A program made the translations under genes and the position numbers. Below the pieces are notes generated by a model that did no database searches, was not told the DNA's origin, and saw only the letters and a list, made by a program, of their open reading frames with translations. A stretch of 63,945 bases of DNA, filler included, from Trypethelium eluteriae (Eukaryota): NCBI GenBank assembly GCA_051942245.1. It is 4 parts of 4 records of this genome, joined end to end, with 100 filler letters (N's around TTAATTAATTAA, not from the genome) between each part and the next. Parts side by side here need not be neighbours in the genome. Positions count along the whole stretch, not along the records: positions 34,504 to 51,582 come from JAVECL010000600.1; positions 51,683 to 63,945 come from JAVECL010000777.1; 2 more parts are not named here. The stretch is one strand, 5' to 3'. Shown one piece after another: positions 40,235 to 51,996 of the stretch (the stretch's first letter is position 1; every line of letters starts with the position of its first letter).

Positions 40235-40535
40235 CCATAGCGGTACATAATCAAGGACAAACTACCCTTATACAAATTCCACTTCTGCTTTTGAACGTGT
40301 GATACATAGGCGTGTAACTTAAGCGCTGAGTCAGTAGCCGAAGCTGTCACTAAGCCACACTGAGCTAGCTTGAGCATACCGTGAGCTACCGTGAGCTAAA
40401 TCAGGCACAGCCTTAGCTAATATGATCTGACCTATGTAAGTAGTGCCTGAATCCAGGGTCCCTATCCTAGTAAAATTAGGATTGTGTGAAGGATTTGAAC
40501 CACGTCAGAAGGAGCCCAGTTCGCGGCCCCTTAAA
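40235..40535 (+). repeat. Repeat family copy A (TGAGC-rich, ends CCCC|TTAA)
   Basis: Aligns with about 41925-42229; the terminal 34 bp (40502-40535 vs 42196-42229) differ at 2 positions. Confidence 0.8.
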
Positions 40536-40805
40536 ACTCGGCAATTCTTGCCAATAAACTATTTAGGAGATTGTGGCGGCGGGGTGTTGTTTAGCCTCTT
40601 CTCGGAATATATTTAAACCCGACTCTATAGTAGACCCGAAGCAAGTCTTTCAGTAAAGACTTAGGTACCTACCTACATAGGTAAGCTAGGTACATTAGGC
40701 AGCAAATCTAATCGTCTGAGGGTTTCTATTCAGTCATTCTCCCTCAAACTCCCCCAAACAGCCTTACACGCCAGCAAGAAAACACATCCAAACCTCACCC
40801 CAGAA

Positions 40806-41204
40806 ATGCCCTTCCTGACCGTCTACCACCACTACAACTTCTGCCCTTCCTCCTTCGGCAACGTGAACGACGACAGATTCAACTTCGCCCAGACCCTCAC
40901 CACCACCACCTGCCTTCACCTCTCTAGCACCGCCCCCTCTACCGTCAAAATCGCCTTTATCTACTGCAACGGCGAGGACACCGATCTCTTCATTGGTGGG
41001 AGGCGAAATCGGGATTATATGCGTATTGAGGCACAGATTGGGAAGGGGAGGTCCGAGGAGGAGAAGAGAGCGTTGATGACGGGGTTAACGGAGGCGATTG
41101 TTCAGTCGGTGAAGCCGAAGAAGAGGGAGAAGTTGGAGGTGCAGGTTAGGATTGTGGAGGAGGAGGAGGGGGGACTGATGACGAATGGGCGGTTGGGAGA
41201 GTAA
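40806..41204 (+). CDS. Tautomerase superfamily protein (CHMI/4-OT/MIF-like), intronless
   Basis: Met-Pro start (catalytic Pro1), 132 aa, MRIEAQIGKGRSEEEKRAL..L..AI..VQVRIVE pattern. Confidence 0.75.
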   Translation: MPFLTVYHHYNFCPSSFGNVNDDRFNFAQTLTTTTCLHLSSTAPSTVKIAFIYCNGEDTDLFIGGRRNRDYMRIEAQIGKGRSEEEKRALMTGLTEAIVQSVKPKKREKLEVQVRIVEEEEGGLMTNGRLGE

Positions 41205-41827
41205 GTTAGGGTGGGATGGTGCTGTTTGGGTAAATTCAGCTTTTGGGAATGAATGCCTAAAGACGTATTAAAGATATACCTTCTTCCGAGTTTGTAGCAC
41301 CTGTTAACTTCTATTCGTCCGCTGCAAAAAGTTACAAGTTGAAGCTTCTAAGAAAGCTCATTCCTTTCCTCATTCTTGTCAAAGGTTGATTGTCGGTGAA
41401 GTCGAATCGAGAACTGATTTATTGACGCCATTCATGGTGGAGTGGAACTTGGCAATATGAACATCGGTATGCCTCTCGTCTCTGGGACTAACACAATGCT
41501 CTGTGTACAAGGCCTGACACTGGGGTTGGGTGTTCAATCGCTTTAATGTCGCGAATGCGACTTCAACCAAACTTCCCAGTCCTTAAGGCTTCAGGCCTCC
41601 TGAGAAAGAAAATGCAATCCTGAGCGGCGCAAATATCTCTGACGCTATTGTGCCATGTTCTAAATCCACCCAAATCCGAAGCCGACGAGACATCTACCAC
41701 ACAAGCCACGTCTCAGCTCCACTTGAGCACTATCCCAAAAGAAGCAACACGCTAACTCGCCATCGTTCACAAAAACACGCTAGTACCGATCTAGAGATCG
41801 ACCTCTCAAGATCTTGAAAACACAGAT

Positions 41828-42229
41828 GCCCGTTGAATAGAGATGAGCCGGGCATGATTTGGCTGAGTCAGCTGGCTGACACCACTAACCAAGTTGGGTG
41901 TATGGAGAGGGCACTTTGTATGGGAACATAGCGACACATCATCAAGGACAAAGTAACCTCATATAAAGTCCATTCCTGCTTTTGGGCGTGAGTTACACAG
42001 GGATGTACACTCGAACGTTGAGTCAGCAACCTGAGACATGACTAAGCTACACTGAGCAAGCCTGAGCTAGCGTGATTTGAGCTTGATGGTGCCTAAACTC
42101 GGGCAAGTGGCCGTAATCTCTGAAATCAAGCTTAGAAACTCGCGGGGATCTATAGAGTAATCTTGTTTTCGCGAATCCCGTTTTCTGGACCCTCTACGTC
42201 AGAAGGAGCCCAATTCGCGACCCCTTAAA
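41828..42229 (+). repeat. Repeat family copy B
   Basis: Right part matches copy A. Left part (TGAGTCAGC..AGTTGGGTGTATGGAGAGG..CATAGCG..CATCA..AAGGAC) matches the reverse complement of 48205-48325. Confidence 0.8.
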
Positions 42230-42549
42230 GCGCGATAATACTTACTGTCATAACAAGGCCTCAAGGGTATCGTAGAGTACCTAGCTGGGCGCGGTTCGCC
42301 CCTCTTTTTTGGGTGAACCTGCTGCAATCACACCGTACCAAAGCTATTTTCCTATGTTTGGTCAGGTTTCAATGTTGGTCATGTTCCTGTACCATTGCCT
42401 TCCTGCGAGTGTATGGCTTTGGCAGGTGCTATTATTTGCAAGCATATGGCTGCTGGGTGCATCGGGAACGAATCGGTTCGGAGACGTTGTCCGTTACCTT
42501 CATCTCCTGTCTACTCCACGCACATACCTCTGATTCTTCAGCGATTTTC

Positions 42550-44053
42550 ATGGACACTGACAGAATGACCCAGTGCAAAGAACTTGCTTTTGCGGGATTC
42601 GAGGACCTGATCCTTCTGCCGGAGTCTGGCGCTTATTTAGAGCGCGAAGCGTCATACTGGGCAGCCAATGTCCAGCTGCACCCTACTTGTATTGTTCAGC
42701 CGCGCACGACCGAGGACGTGTCTCGTATCGTCAAAGTACTCGTCAAGACTAACGGCTTGGTCGCGCTCCGCAGTGGCGGGCATACTCAATGGTCAGAGGC
42801 CAACGATATCCATAATGGGGTTACGATTGATCTGGGCCGGATGACTAACGTAACGTACGACGCTAATTCGAAGCTCGCATCCATCCAACCTGGCCCGCGA
42901 TGGGGAGACGTTTACCAGGAGCTTCTGACCTACGGCGTCTGCGTCACAGGTGGTCGAGATGGTAATGTGGGCATAGGCGGCTATCTGACTGGCGGTGGAA
43001 ACTCGTACTACGCCGGTATCCGCGGGTTTGCCTGCGATAATGTTGCTAACTTCGAAGTCGTCCTGGCTGACGGTCAAATAGTCAATGCAAATGCCAACTC
43101 TAATCCAGACCTATGGACCGCTCTCAAGGGTGGTTCGGGGAATTTCGGCATCGTGACTCGTTTTGACATGTACACGTTCGCGGCAAAGGATCTTTGGGGC
43201 GGTATTAGAGCCGCAACAAGGAGCGAAGGTGACAGGCTTGCTCAGACGATGGTAGACTTTACCGACAACAACAGTCGAAATCTGGCGGATGCGTACATCA
43301 TCAATTACACCTTCAACGGAAGCGCCTCGCCGGATGTTCTCGTTGCCCATGTCATTGTCGACACAGATGGTCTCATCAACGCATCGGCATTCGATGAGAT
43401 CCAGAGAGTACCAGCAATCATGAATGACGTCAAGATGAGAACCATGGCAAACATGGCCGATAGTTACCTGCTTCCGAGTGGTCAACAGTAAGTTTTTTGC
43501 TCACCTTCACTCCCTTACACAGACCATGAATCATGTAAATGATGATGACAGGCAAGTCTGGTTCTCTCTCACTTTCAAAAACGATATCAAGATTATTAAG
43601 AAAGCCAGTGAAATGCATGATGAGCTGGTCGACGAACTCAAGAGTTTGGTACCCGTTGACAACTTCACGACCCAATGCCTCTTCCAGCCCATTCCGACTC
43701 TATTCGCACAGCACTCGGTTCAGCGTGGAGGCAATATGTTGGGGCTTGATGACGTCAAGGAGAACGCACTCTTGTGGCTCATCACCGGTGCCACGGAGAC
43801 CCCTGGACAACAGAATATCATGCGGGACAAGTTGACGGCCTTTTCAGCTACGCTGGAGAAGTTTGCGAAAGACAATGGCCTCCACGTCGATTGGCAGTAT
43901 CTGAACTATGTCGATAAGACACAGAACCCGCTCCAGAGCTACGGACCGGATAATGTTGACTTCATTCGTAAGGTCGCGGCCAAATACGATCCGGCTGGCG
44001 TGTTTCAGAAGAAGGTGGTGACGGGCTGGAAGATTTCAAAAGTCAGTCCATGA
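42550..44053 (+). CDS. FAD-linked oxidoreductase (FAD_binding_4, BBE/VAO-like), 2 exons
   Basis: PTCIVQP, RSGGH, VGIGGYLTGGG, DNVANFEVVLADG, DLWTALKGG..NFGIVT, YLNY, KYDP.GVFQ. Intron at about 43488-43551. Start uncertain. Confidence 0.92.
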
Positions 44054-45144
44054 TTCGACACATAGAAACACAACGTACGGAGAGTCCTTTTCCTCAATGT
44101 TAGGTCGCTCATGAAATAGGGCCCCTCAAGCGAAAGCATCTATAGAACTATGGGTAAGTCGAGTGTAATCAATCGATCCATGATAACAAGGTCATTGCAG
44201 GAGGTGAAAAATGAATTTCCCTCTACGTGAAAACCAAGAAGAGGCTGCTTGCAGGAATGCACAAAATGACTGTGCCAAGCAGCAAACACCTTGTTACTTT
44301 GGATCACTGGACACAGTCGCAACACTGCGAATTCACCTCACATGTAATTTGATGAAGTCCGTGGTACAGTTGCTTGCCCACCAGCACGCACTGCGCATGC
44401 CTAGTCCGCGCAACGAAGATACGCTCCATCGCTCGGGATCTGCCGCAACTGTGGCTTACACGTGCAAGACCTTTTCATTGTACTGAAGACCAGGACTGAG
44501 TTGTAAGACTGAGTGACACAAGTATCGCGCAAGCAGGCCTATTACAATTGAGAGAGACGCAAGTGTTGACTTCTTGCGACTACCATACCATGGAGTTCCT
44601 GCGGCAAGGCTCATGGCAGGCATGCACCAATTGCATCTCAGCGAAGCTATTGTCGGCTTCCATTCCTGCCATGCTAATAAAGCTGAGCGGACCTAGCATT
44701 CTTGCCTCCATATTTGTTCTTGTATCCCAGCATGCCCGGCCAAATCCAATCTAAGGGCTTTATGGCTCCTAGCTCTTGCTCGCTGTCGTAATTTCTCGAC
44801 GAATGATATTAAATACCGTCCGTCACTTCGCGTTACGTTCTCTCTCGGTTCTTCGGCTGGGCTTTGGGTGGCAGTATACTGTGTAGAAGATGAAGCTCAA
44901 TGTATTGAGTATGAAGTGTAGAATCTAGGTTGAGGAGGAACCTCAGACGGGAGACTATGTAGGCCTACACTAGTACAAATAAGGTAATCGATACCCATGG
45001 TACGCACCTCCCCAATAGGCTTCGGGGACCGCTTCCCACAACATACTGGACTTACACTAATTGGCGGCGACTAATTAGATGCCAGGAGCTTATGTTGTAT
45101 TGCTGATTTATCCAAGAGTTTCAAGGGCTATGTAGCCTAGGTAT

Positions 45145-45592
45145 TTGAAGAATCAACCAATCAATCGATCAAAACCTCCAGATAGCATGTACGAATGCGA
45201 CAGGGTATACGCCTCAGGACCAGTTGACTATACCGTATCTTTACCGTCTTCAACGAGGAATGTCAGTGCAGACTCTGCTAGCACCAAAGCGATATTTGAT
45301 GTGCTCAAAGTTGTTTCCGGCCCAATTCATGGTGGTCGCGTCTTGCTAAGACAAAGTAAATCGCAAGCCACAGATTCGACAACATGACGAAGATGAGGAC
45401 GTAGGTTCAACGGCGGGTAACTATGATCAGGATAATATGAATGGCTTGTGGGTTGCAACAGGTCACGACGAAAGGGGCATGCAGGAAAACGCTGGCATAG
45501 GGCTACTCATTAGCGAGCTCATATTGGAAGGGAAAGCGAAGAGTGCGGATGCAACTTTTCTACAACCTCGTAGATGGATGAAACCGCTATGA
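45145..45592 (+). pseudogene. C-terminal relic of a DAO-family (Tda3-like) FAD-dependent oxidoreductase
   Basis: VYASGPVD..VSLP..VSGPIHGGRVLLRQ, a stop at 45385, then GLWVATGHDERGMQENAGIGLLISELILEGKAKSAD. No N-terminal half found. Confidence 0.7.
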
Positions 45593-46002
45593 TCGAATGT
45601 GTTTAGATAACGCTAAGTGTTAAGCAATCGCTTTTATTTATATTTATTAATTCCATAAATTTTCGATTAAGAGCACTTAGATACGACCAAATTCCGTCGA
45701 AGCAAGGCGCTTGGAAAAAAGCTGAAGTTGGGTCTATGAAAGGCTTCATAGTTATCTATGCTCCAGTCTGCTAAGTCATAATTTGGTCATGATGCTGCCG
45801 ATGAGCAGAGCTGCAAAAGCGGAAATCTATATACAAATGAGATTGCTGTATTCATCTCAAAGGGAATTGCCCGTCAATCATGTTTGCCGTATTGGGCAAG
45901 AGTCGACTGGTCTCGAAGAGTGACGTTATAGCGAAGGGTCAAAGTATTTTCGTAGCACTCGACCTTAGAGTGATGCTGGCAGCTGGCGCGTTACGCCGCT
46001 CT

Positions 46003-47265
46003 TTACAGCCCACTGCTGCTATCGTCCTGGGAAGGGTCCGGATACGGATCGTCACCAGCCTGTTCACGAGGGTACCCATAATCGAACGCCCTGTTATGGC
46101 CGCCGTAAAAGTTATCGGTGAAGAGTCGAGCTAGTCCCGCAGAGGAATTAAACATCTGGCCGGCATTGTGGCTAGCACTAACAAGGTCGATGGTATCGCA
46201 AGCGGTCCCAGCTGGATCGGGGCAGCTCGCAGGGAAGGCTTTTATAAAATTGAAGAATCGCGTGTTACGATTAAGACCTGTTGTATTGGTACCGCAGGTC
46301 ATAGATTCGTCGCCGAGGTCATGAGTGGCACGCGCATATGCTTTCTGTTTACTGTTGTAGTTGGCCAAGAGAGCCGGCCGGCCTTGCGCGACTAAAGAAG
46401 CACCATAATTCATGAAGTAGGGAGCGCCGGTGAAATTGGTGAAACCATCGGTATATACATCGTAAGTTGGGCAGCTTGCTATAGGCAGGGTCGGGCGATC
46501 TGCTGTAGATGCGGGACGAGTGGTACTCAACCAACCGTAGCTGGCAGGGTTCCCAATCCAATAGACGACTGGAGATCGTGTTGCGAGCTTAGGGCCTAGG
46601 ATTACGTAGCGCTGCACCGTCTGAGCACCGGCTGAGTGACCCGCAATTACAATCTGTTTCATGTTTGGAAACATTGCGGGATTGTCGAAGTATTGGACCA
46701 ATTGATCCAGAACGTAGTAATTGGATATATTCGTATAAGAAGTTGGGTAGATATTATTAGCGCCACCCAGCCATTGGTCGTCTGACCACACGAGGGCATT
46801 GGTGGTCGATTGGCCATTTGAGAATGGGAATCCACGGTTTTTATCATTTTCGTTGGTGAAGTATGGAGCCATTAGAGCCACTGAATCGGTGGTAATATTT
46901 GGATCCGTAACTCTGGAGATGGCTTGGAGCAACTTATTCGTTGATCAGTAATAGATAGATTAGACAGAATTACGATGAGGACGTACTTCAGTCTCATAGG
47001 TCCAAGGATCTCTGTTCAAGCCATGAACAGCGATGACAGCTCTTTGGATGTTGCTCTCAACAATGCGTTTTCCGTTACGTCCATGGGAGTAGTAATTAAT
47101 CAGGGTGAGATTGCTCTGCCCATTTGGGGCTTTGATCTTGAAAAACGCAACCTCCGCGCCGGCAACTGTGGGCAGACTATTCTTGATTACATCTCCAGCA
47201 TATTGCTGGGCCGATACGAACACGGAGGCGTACAATGCAAAGAAAAATGGAATGGTGAGATGCAT
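46003..47265 (-). CDS. Secreted alpha/beta-hydrolase-fold protein, 2 exons
   Basis: Signal peptide, AVIAVHGLNRD, intron 46986-46933, nucleophile elbow IVIAGHSAGAQTVQRY, GNPASY, distal His in SHNAGQMF. Confidence 0.85.
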
Positions 47266-48204
47266 CTTGGTGAAACGAGCGTGCTGAGAAACCGTGGATT
47301 GACGCAGACACGCAACGAAAGGTCGGAGAGAAATATCATTTTCAAGTCGGCAGATCTTATCGCAACTTAAGAGAAAAATGGCTCACCATGCTCCTAATAT
47401 TTTAGCTACAGATTCTAACAAAGCGGACGCAACTGATCTTTTCTCGTATATGCTGCATGTAAGTGCAGCAGCCTATAAATAATTCGGCTACCCATGTTAG
47501 GCTAGCTTTGAAGAAGATGACAATCTCCAAGCCGCATTGTACACATCTCATTCTAGAACTTCCTATGGATGTTTCAGCACGTACACCGAAGCATTACCCG
47601 TAATTCACTCGACATTAATAAATGTGCAGATATGTGACAATGCCGAGTCATTCTTGTACGGGCCCGTCTCCCGGGCAAATTGGAAATTACAAAGTCAGCA
47701 GAGTCTTCTTACTCTTACGTCACAGCGGAAAGCGCACGGCACTAACGTCAGCTGTTGGCGACTGCTGTATTGATTTCTACTAGCGGCCGCCACAACGACC
47801 CCGTATGGCCTGGCCTTGCGGACGAAAGGGGAGTGGCGCAACTGGCGGTGCCAGGGTTCAGAAAAAGAAATGGAAATGGGTTCGGTCGACCGTAGGCAGA
47901 TCTCTCAAATCATATGGAAATGGCTGTACAGAACCTCATGTACTGCTGAGTGCGTCGCGATCGGGAGCAGGGTGCCTTGAGTACCAGAACCCTACCGGTT
48001 TCCAGGAGTCAGACCGGATGCTAAGACTACTCAAACTCGCCTGATCTTGAGGTTGATATAAGTAACTCACTGACTTCTCGCTTATCTTCACCTTAATCAA
48101 TCCTTCCGTTGCCGCTAAAGTAATGCACCTAGGGAGACGGAATGTCTGCTTTGAGTATAAGTGATAATGGCAGATCCCCCCTAAAATACTAATTCCTTGG
48201 ATCT

Positions 48205-48420
48205 TAGCACCTTAGTCCTTCGCGTGATGAGTCCGCTATGTTCATACAGAAGGTGGCCTCTCCATACACCCAACTGAGTTAGCGGTATCAGTGTGCTGAC
48301 TCAGACAAATTACGCCGAGCTCAACCTTGGCTTAGCTCCACTTAGGCTTACACCGCCACAGCTCATGCTCTGCTCAGTCGGGCTTATGCTCTACTCAGTT
48401 GTGCTTAGCTATGTTCCGTC
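48205..48420 (-). repeat. Repeat family copy C, inverted
   Basis: Reverse complement aligns to about 41828-41955, with an exact run AGTTGGGTGTATGGAGAGG. Confidence 0.75.
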
Positions 48421-49889
48421 TTGTTAACAGGGGGCTCGGATATTATTTAGACTTAGGTAACTGTACTTAGAATCTGTTCAGTTTTACTCTGCATTCCAAT
48501 TCTCAGAACCATTCATTATCAAACTGTCCTTACAATTATATCAAGTTTACGCAACCATCATAGGGGTCCCAAAACTAGGCTCCCGAAGACTAATAGAAAT
48601 TATGATGCACGTTAGAAGCTCTCTAACCCGACCTCTAAGCCTTTCTGGTTTGTAGGGGTGCAGTGCTACCGCGCACTGCCATGTCACAATAATATATCAA
48701 GAAAGGCGGTGCGGAATGGCAGAACGTGACCTGAGGGAAACGGTCCCCAGGCTCTCGTGGCTATCCACCTGAAGAAAAAGTGTCCGATTTTAACACATCC
48801 CCGTCAACTTGCAGATAGTCACGGACAAGTTGATGGACAGATGGGTTTGAAGCCACAGCTTTCAGGTTTTGCGACAACGTCTGACGTTGCCATTGAATGA
48901 CTTTCCCAGCCTGCTTCAATTGCTTGCATAGAGCTATGCAATGTGACAGCCTTTCAGCTGAGTTCTAATCAGCTTTCAAAGGTAAGTCGATGTATGACCA
49001 GGCTCTGGCTGATTGTCGCAAGGTCTAGAAACGGCAAGGCGTACTCTGGCTGGCTGTTGCTGTAAGCATCCGAACGTCAAGCAAGCTTAACCGGCTGCGC
49101 GACCTAGATCCTATCGGCTAAGGTTCTCTTCCAACGCAGGTGATGAGGTTATCATGAGAGATAGAGCTAATGGTGAAGCCGTGATTCAGATGCATCTTCG
49201 GGGAAGTTCATCTATTTACGCATAGTATTTTCGCTAGCATGGACTGATCGGCGTTTGATGTTGCATACCTCTACTCTGAGGTCTGCATATCCGAGAACGC
49301 GTAATGGCATGCACACGGTTCCTCGCAGCCGGAAAAAGAATAGAGCATGATCAAAAGAGTAATTCCAGACGCACCTTTGCTTCCTTATCGATCTCTACAG
49401 ATGTCTCCAAGTCGCTGTCACAAATCTGGAAGCCTAGACTATGGTTCCACACTGCGCCCATCTGCAGCAGACTCAAGGCTGTTCACACATCAATTAACTT
49501 CGTTCACTTCGTTTTGACTACCATTCGTTCGAGAGTGCGGTAGCGTACAGCTCCTCCTCTTCTTGGACCTATCATCTAGCACTTCGTTAACCTGGACTTT
49601 TGGCGTACAGAAAATGAAAGCGCCAATGCAACCTTTGCGTTGCGACGGGAAACCTTACACTTCTTTTTGGGGTCGCTTTACAACCTAAAGTCAGGATCTA
49701 GATTCCTCTTGCGCCCCACGGCTTCACTGATCAAAGCTGAAGTACCTCATGGAGTGCTCAGCAAACAGAGAGTGCGGTCCAGCGCAACTATAAAAGAAGA
49801 CTCTGCGCAGCGCAGGCATGCTAAGGGATAGTTAATCGTTGTTACCCAAACACAGTTTAACCTCCCTTCCATTTTCAGTGTAGCTCAAT

Positions 49890-51278
49890 ATGCCTCCTCT
49901 TCCGTTGCAGCCACCTAGTGCTCTTTGGACCCAGTAGAATTCTTCCACCCCAACGAAATTCGCTACTTCGACCAAAGGTACATCCCGTTACACTTCTGAC
50001 CTAAACATCTACGAGATCCAGGATGCCGTGGGGAAACCGTCGCTTAGATATACGATTGATGTCTTCGGCACTCAGCCTTCTGGCGGTTACCCGCTGTTAA
50101 TTGGACTACATGGCGGTGGAGAAACAAGTTCTGACGATAACGACAAGGCGTGGAGGTCCATGGCGACAGACCTCTACCGCCAAAACGTTCAAAGCGACGT
50201 AATGAACGGGGTCTACGTAGCGACTCGCGGAATCGCAGATACCTGGGATACACACTTCCGATCGCAGTCATACACGCTACTCCAGCGACTTATCCGTAAT
50301 CTCCTTTTGCAACGGCCGCAACTGGACAAGTTCAAATCGATCACAACTGTTGCACCCAATTTCGTCGATCCCAACCGTGTCTACATACTCGGCTTCTCCG
50401 CAGGTGGTGATGGCGTCTATCGCCTTGCATCCGTCCTATCCGATAGATTTGCTGCAGCAAACATGTCTGCCGGCCATCCTGGCAAGGCTAAACTAATCAA
50501 TCTTGCAAATGTCCCTATCTGTCTTCAAATGGGCGAAGGCGACTCTGCATGGGGCCGCAACACGTCAATCGTGACAGCTGGAAAGGAACTCAAGAGATAC
50601 AGGCATGGCAAGTATTACATCAATGATATCTTCATCCACTTCACCCCTGTGAGCGCTGGTGATCCACACAATAGTTGGGAAAGGACAGAAGAATTAACCA
50701 ACATCGAAGCACCCGTCATCAGAGACTGGGAGAATTTTACGGGCGCGGGTTCGGTCCTAACTAGAGAGATGAGAAATACTTGTGCTGTGCTCTGGATGAG
50801 CGAATATATACGAAATCCCCTTCCGAAGACAGTCGTATGGGACATGTCGACGTCAGAAGCGCCGCCTGAATTCCCGGCCGAATGGGGTAAATACCGCTAT
50901 TACTACTGGCTTGCCGTCGAACAAAATCCAACTGATTCTAAGGGAACTACCGTTAGAGCGACATATGATAAGGTGCGTAACGAAGTTTGGATTGGAGAGA
51001 CCTCCAACTTGTTGACTAAATTCATTGTGCTACTCAATGAATATATGATGGATTTGAGACAACCAGTTAATGTTATTTATGGCCCGCAGAGGAAGGTCAC
51101 TCAGAGTGTTACTGTTACGCGAGATGGCAATATACAGAAAGCGACGCTCAGTGCGCGCGGAGATCCCTTCTATGTGTTTTCCGCGGCGATTGTTGTCGAT
51201 CTGAAGGATCCGAAGCTCATGACGGTGAAAGATGGAGGCAGCGATATCTTCTCAACAGTTCCGAAAGCAAAGCTTTGA
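49890..51278 (+). pseudogene. Intronless bacterial-type alpha/beta-hydrolase with PTS1; in-frame stop at codon 16
   Basis: YPLLIGLHGGG, VDPNRVYILGFSAGGDG, DRFAAANMSAGHP, QMGEGD; ends KAKL*. ATG 49890 is in frame but TAG falls at 49935-49937. Confidence 0.8.
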
Positions 51279-51582
51279 TGAGCCGATAACCAGTCGCGCA
51301 TTTTCTACCGTCCATCGCAACCATTCACGGCTCGTCGGTCAAAATGGCCTGTTCTCAAATCACCGATGAAATTATGCCATATTTTGAAGTTACCCCTTAT
51401 TAACTTGGCAACCCTATATAGTTATAGATGAGGCTACTATCCAGCGCTCGTAAGCATTAATGAATTGAATAAAAATGAATAAAGCTGCATAAGCATGCAT
51501 AAGCGTGAATCAGACAATAGTTGATTCTTTACTTTGACTCGTCCATACGCGTGTACTAACCCTAAAACGGTCTAGCTGTGCG

Positions 51583-51682
51583 NNNNNNNNNNNNNNNNNN
51601 NNNNNNNNNNNNNNNNNNNNNNNNNNTTAATTAATTAANNNNNNNNNNNNNNNNNNNNNNNNNNNNNNNNNNNNNNNNNNNN
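51583..51682. other. Artificial contig spacer
   Basis: N44-TTAATTAATTAA-N44. Confidence 0.97.
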
Positions 51683-51823
51683 TCCTTACGCCCTGTAGTT
51701 ATTAGTTCATTTTCCCTTCGCCCTCACCTAGATAGGGAGGTCTATATAGCAGCCTGCACCTCGGGCGACCTAGATAGGTCAATTGAGTTCTTTCCTCCGA
51801 TTCAGTTGTTTGTTACAACATCA
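51683..51823 (+). mobile_element. 3' end of the LTR-like repeat, copy 2
   Basis: Near-identical to 1-139 and located at a contig start. Confidence 0.65.
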
Positions 51824-51996
51824 CTTTGCCTTACATTCAGATGGTTGTTGTATGCACATGGGGTGACGACCACATCAACAAGTCGCTCAAACAGATTGAT
51901 CTGATCATATGGCTTATATAATGACCCTGAGGGATCCCAGCACCAGTTTTCAGATTCCCCCCTTTCCTCTCAAAGCTGTACTCGCCCTTTTCTCGC

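Noticed and set aside
41828..48420. Inverted copies B and C as TIRs of a Pack-type element carrying three genes
   Set aside because: The only defined terminus (CCCC|TTAA) of copy B faces inward, and no outer ends or TSD were found.
49935..49940. Programmed stop-codon readthrough in the hydrolase
   Set aside because: Context TAG AAT differs from the known fungal TGA CTA readthrough signal and lies at the N-terminus; a nonsense mutation or error is simpler.
51557..51565. TAACCCTAA near a contig end, telomere-like
   Set aside because: Only 1.5 units, not an array.
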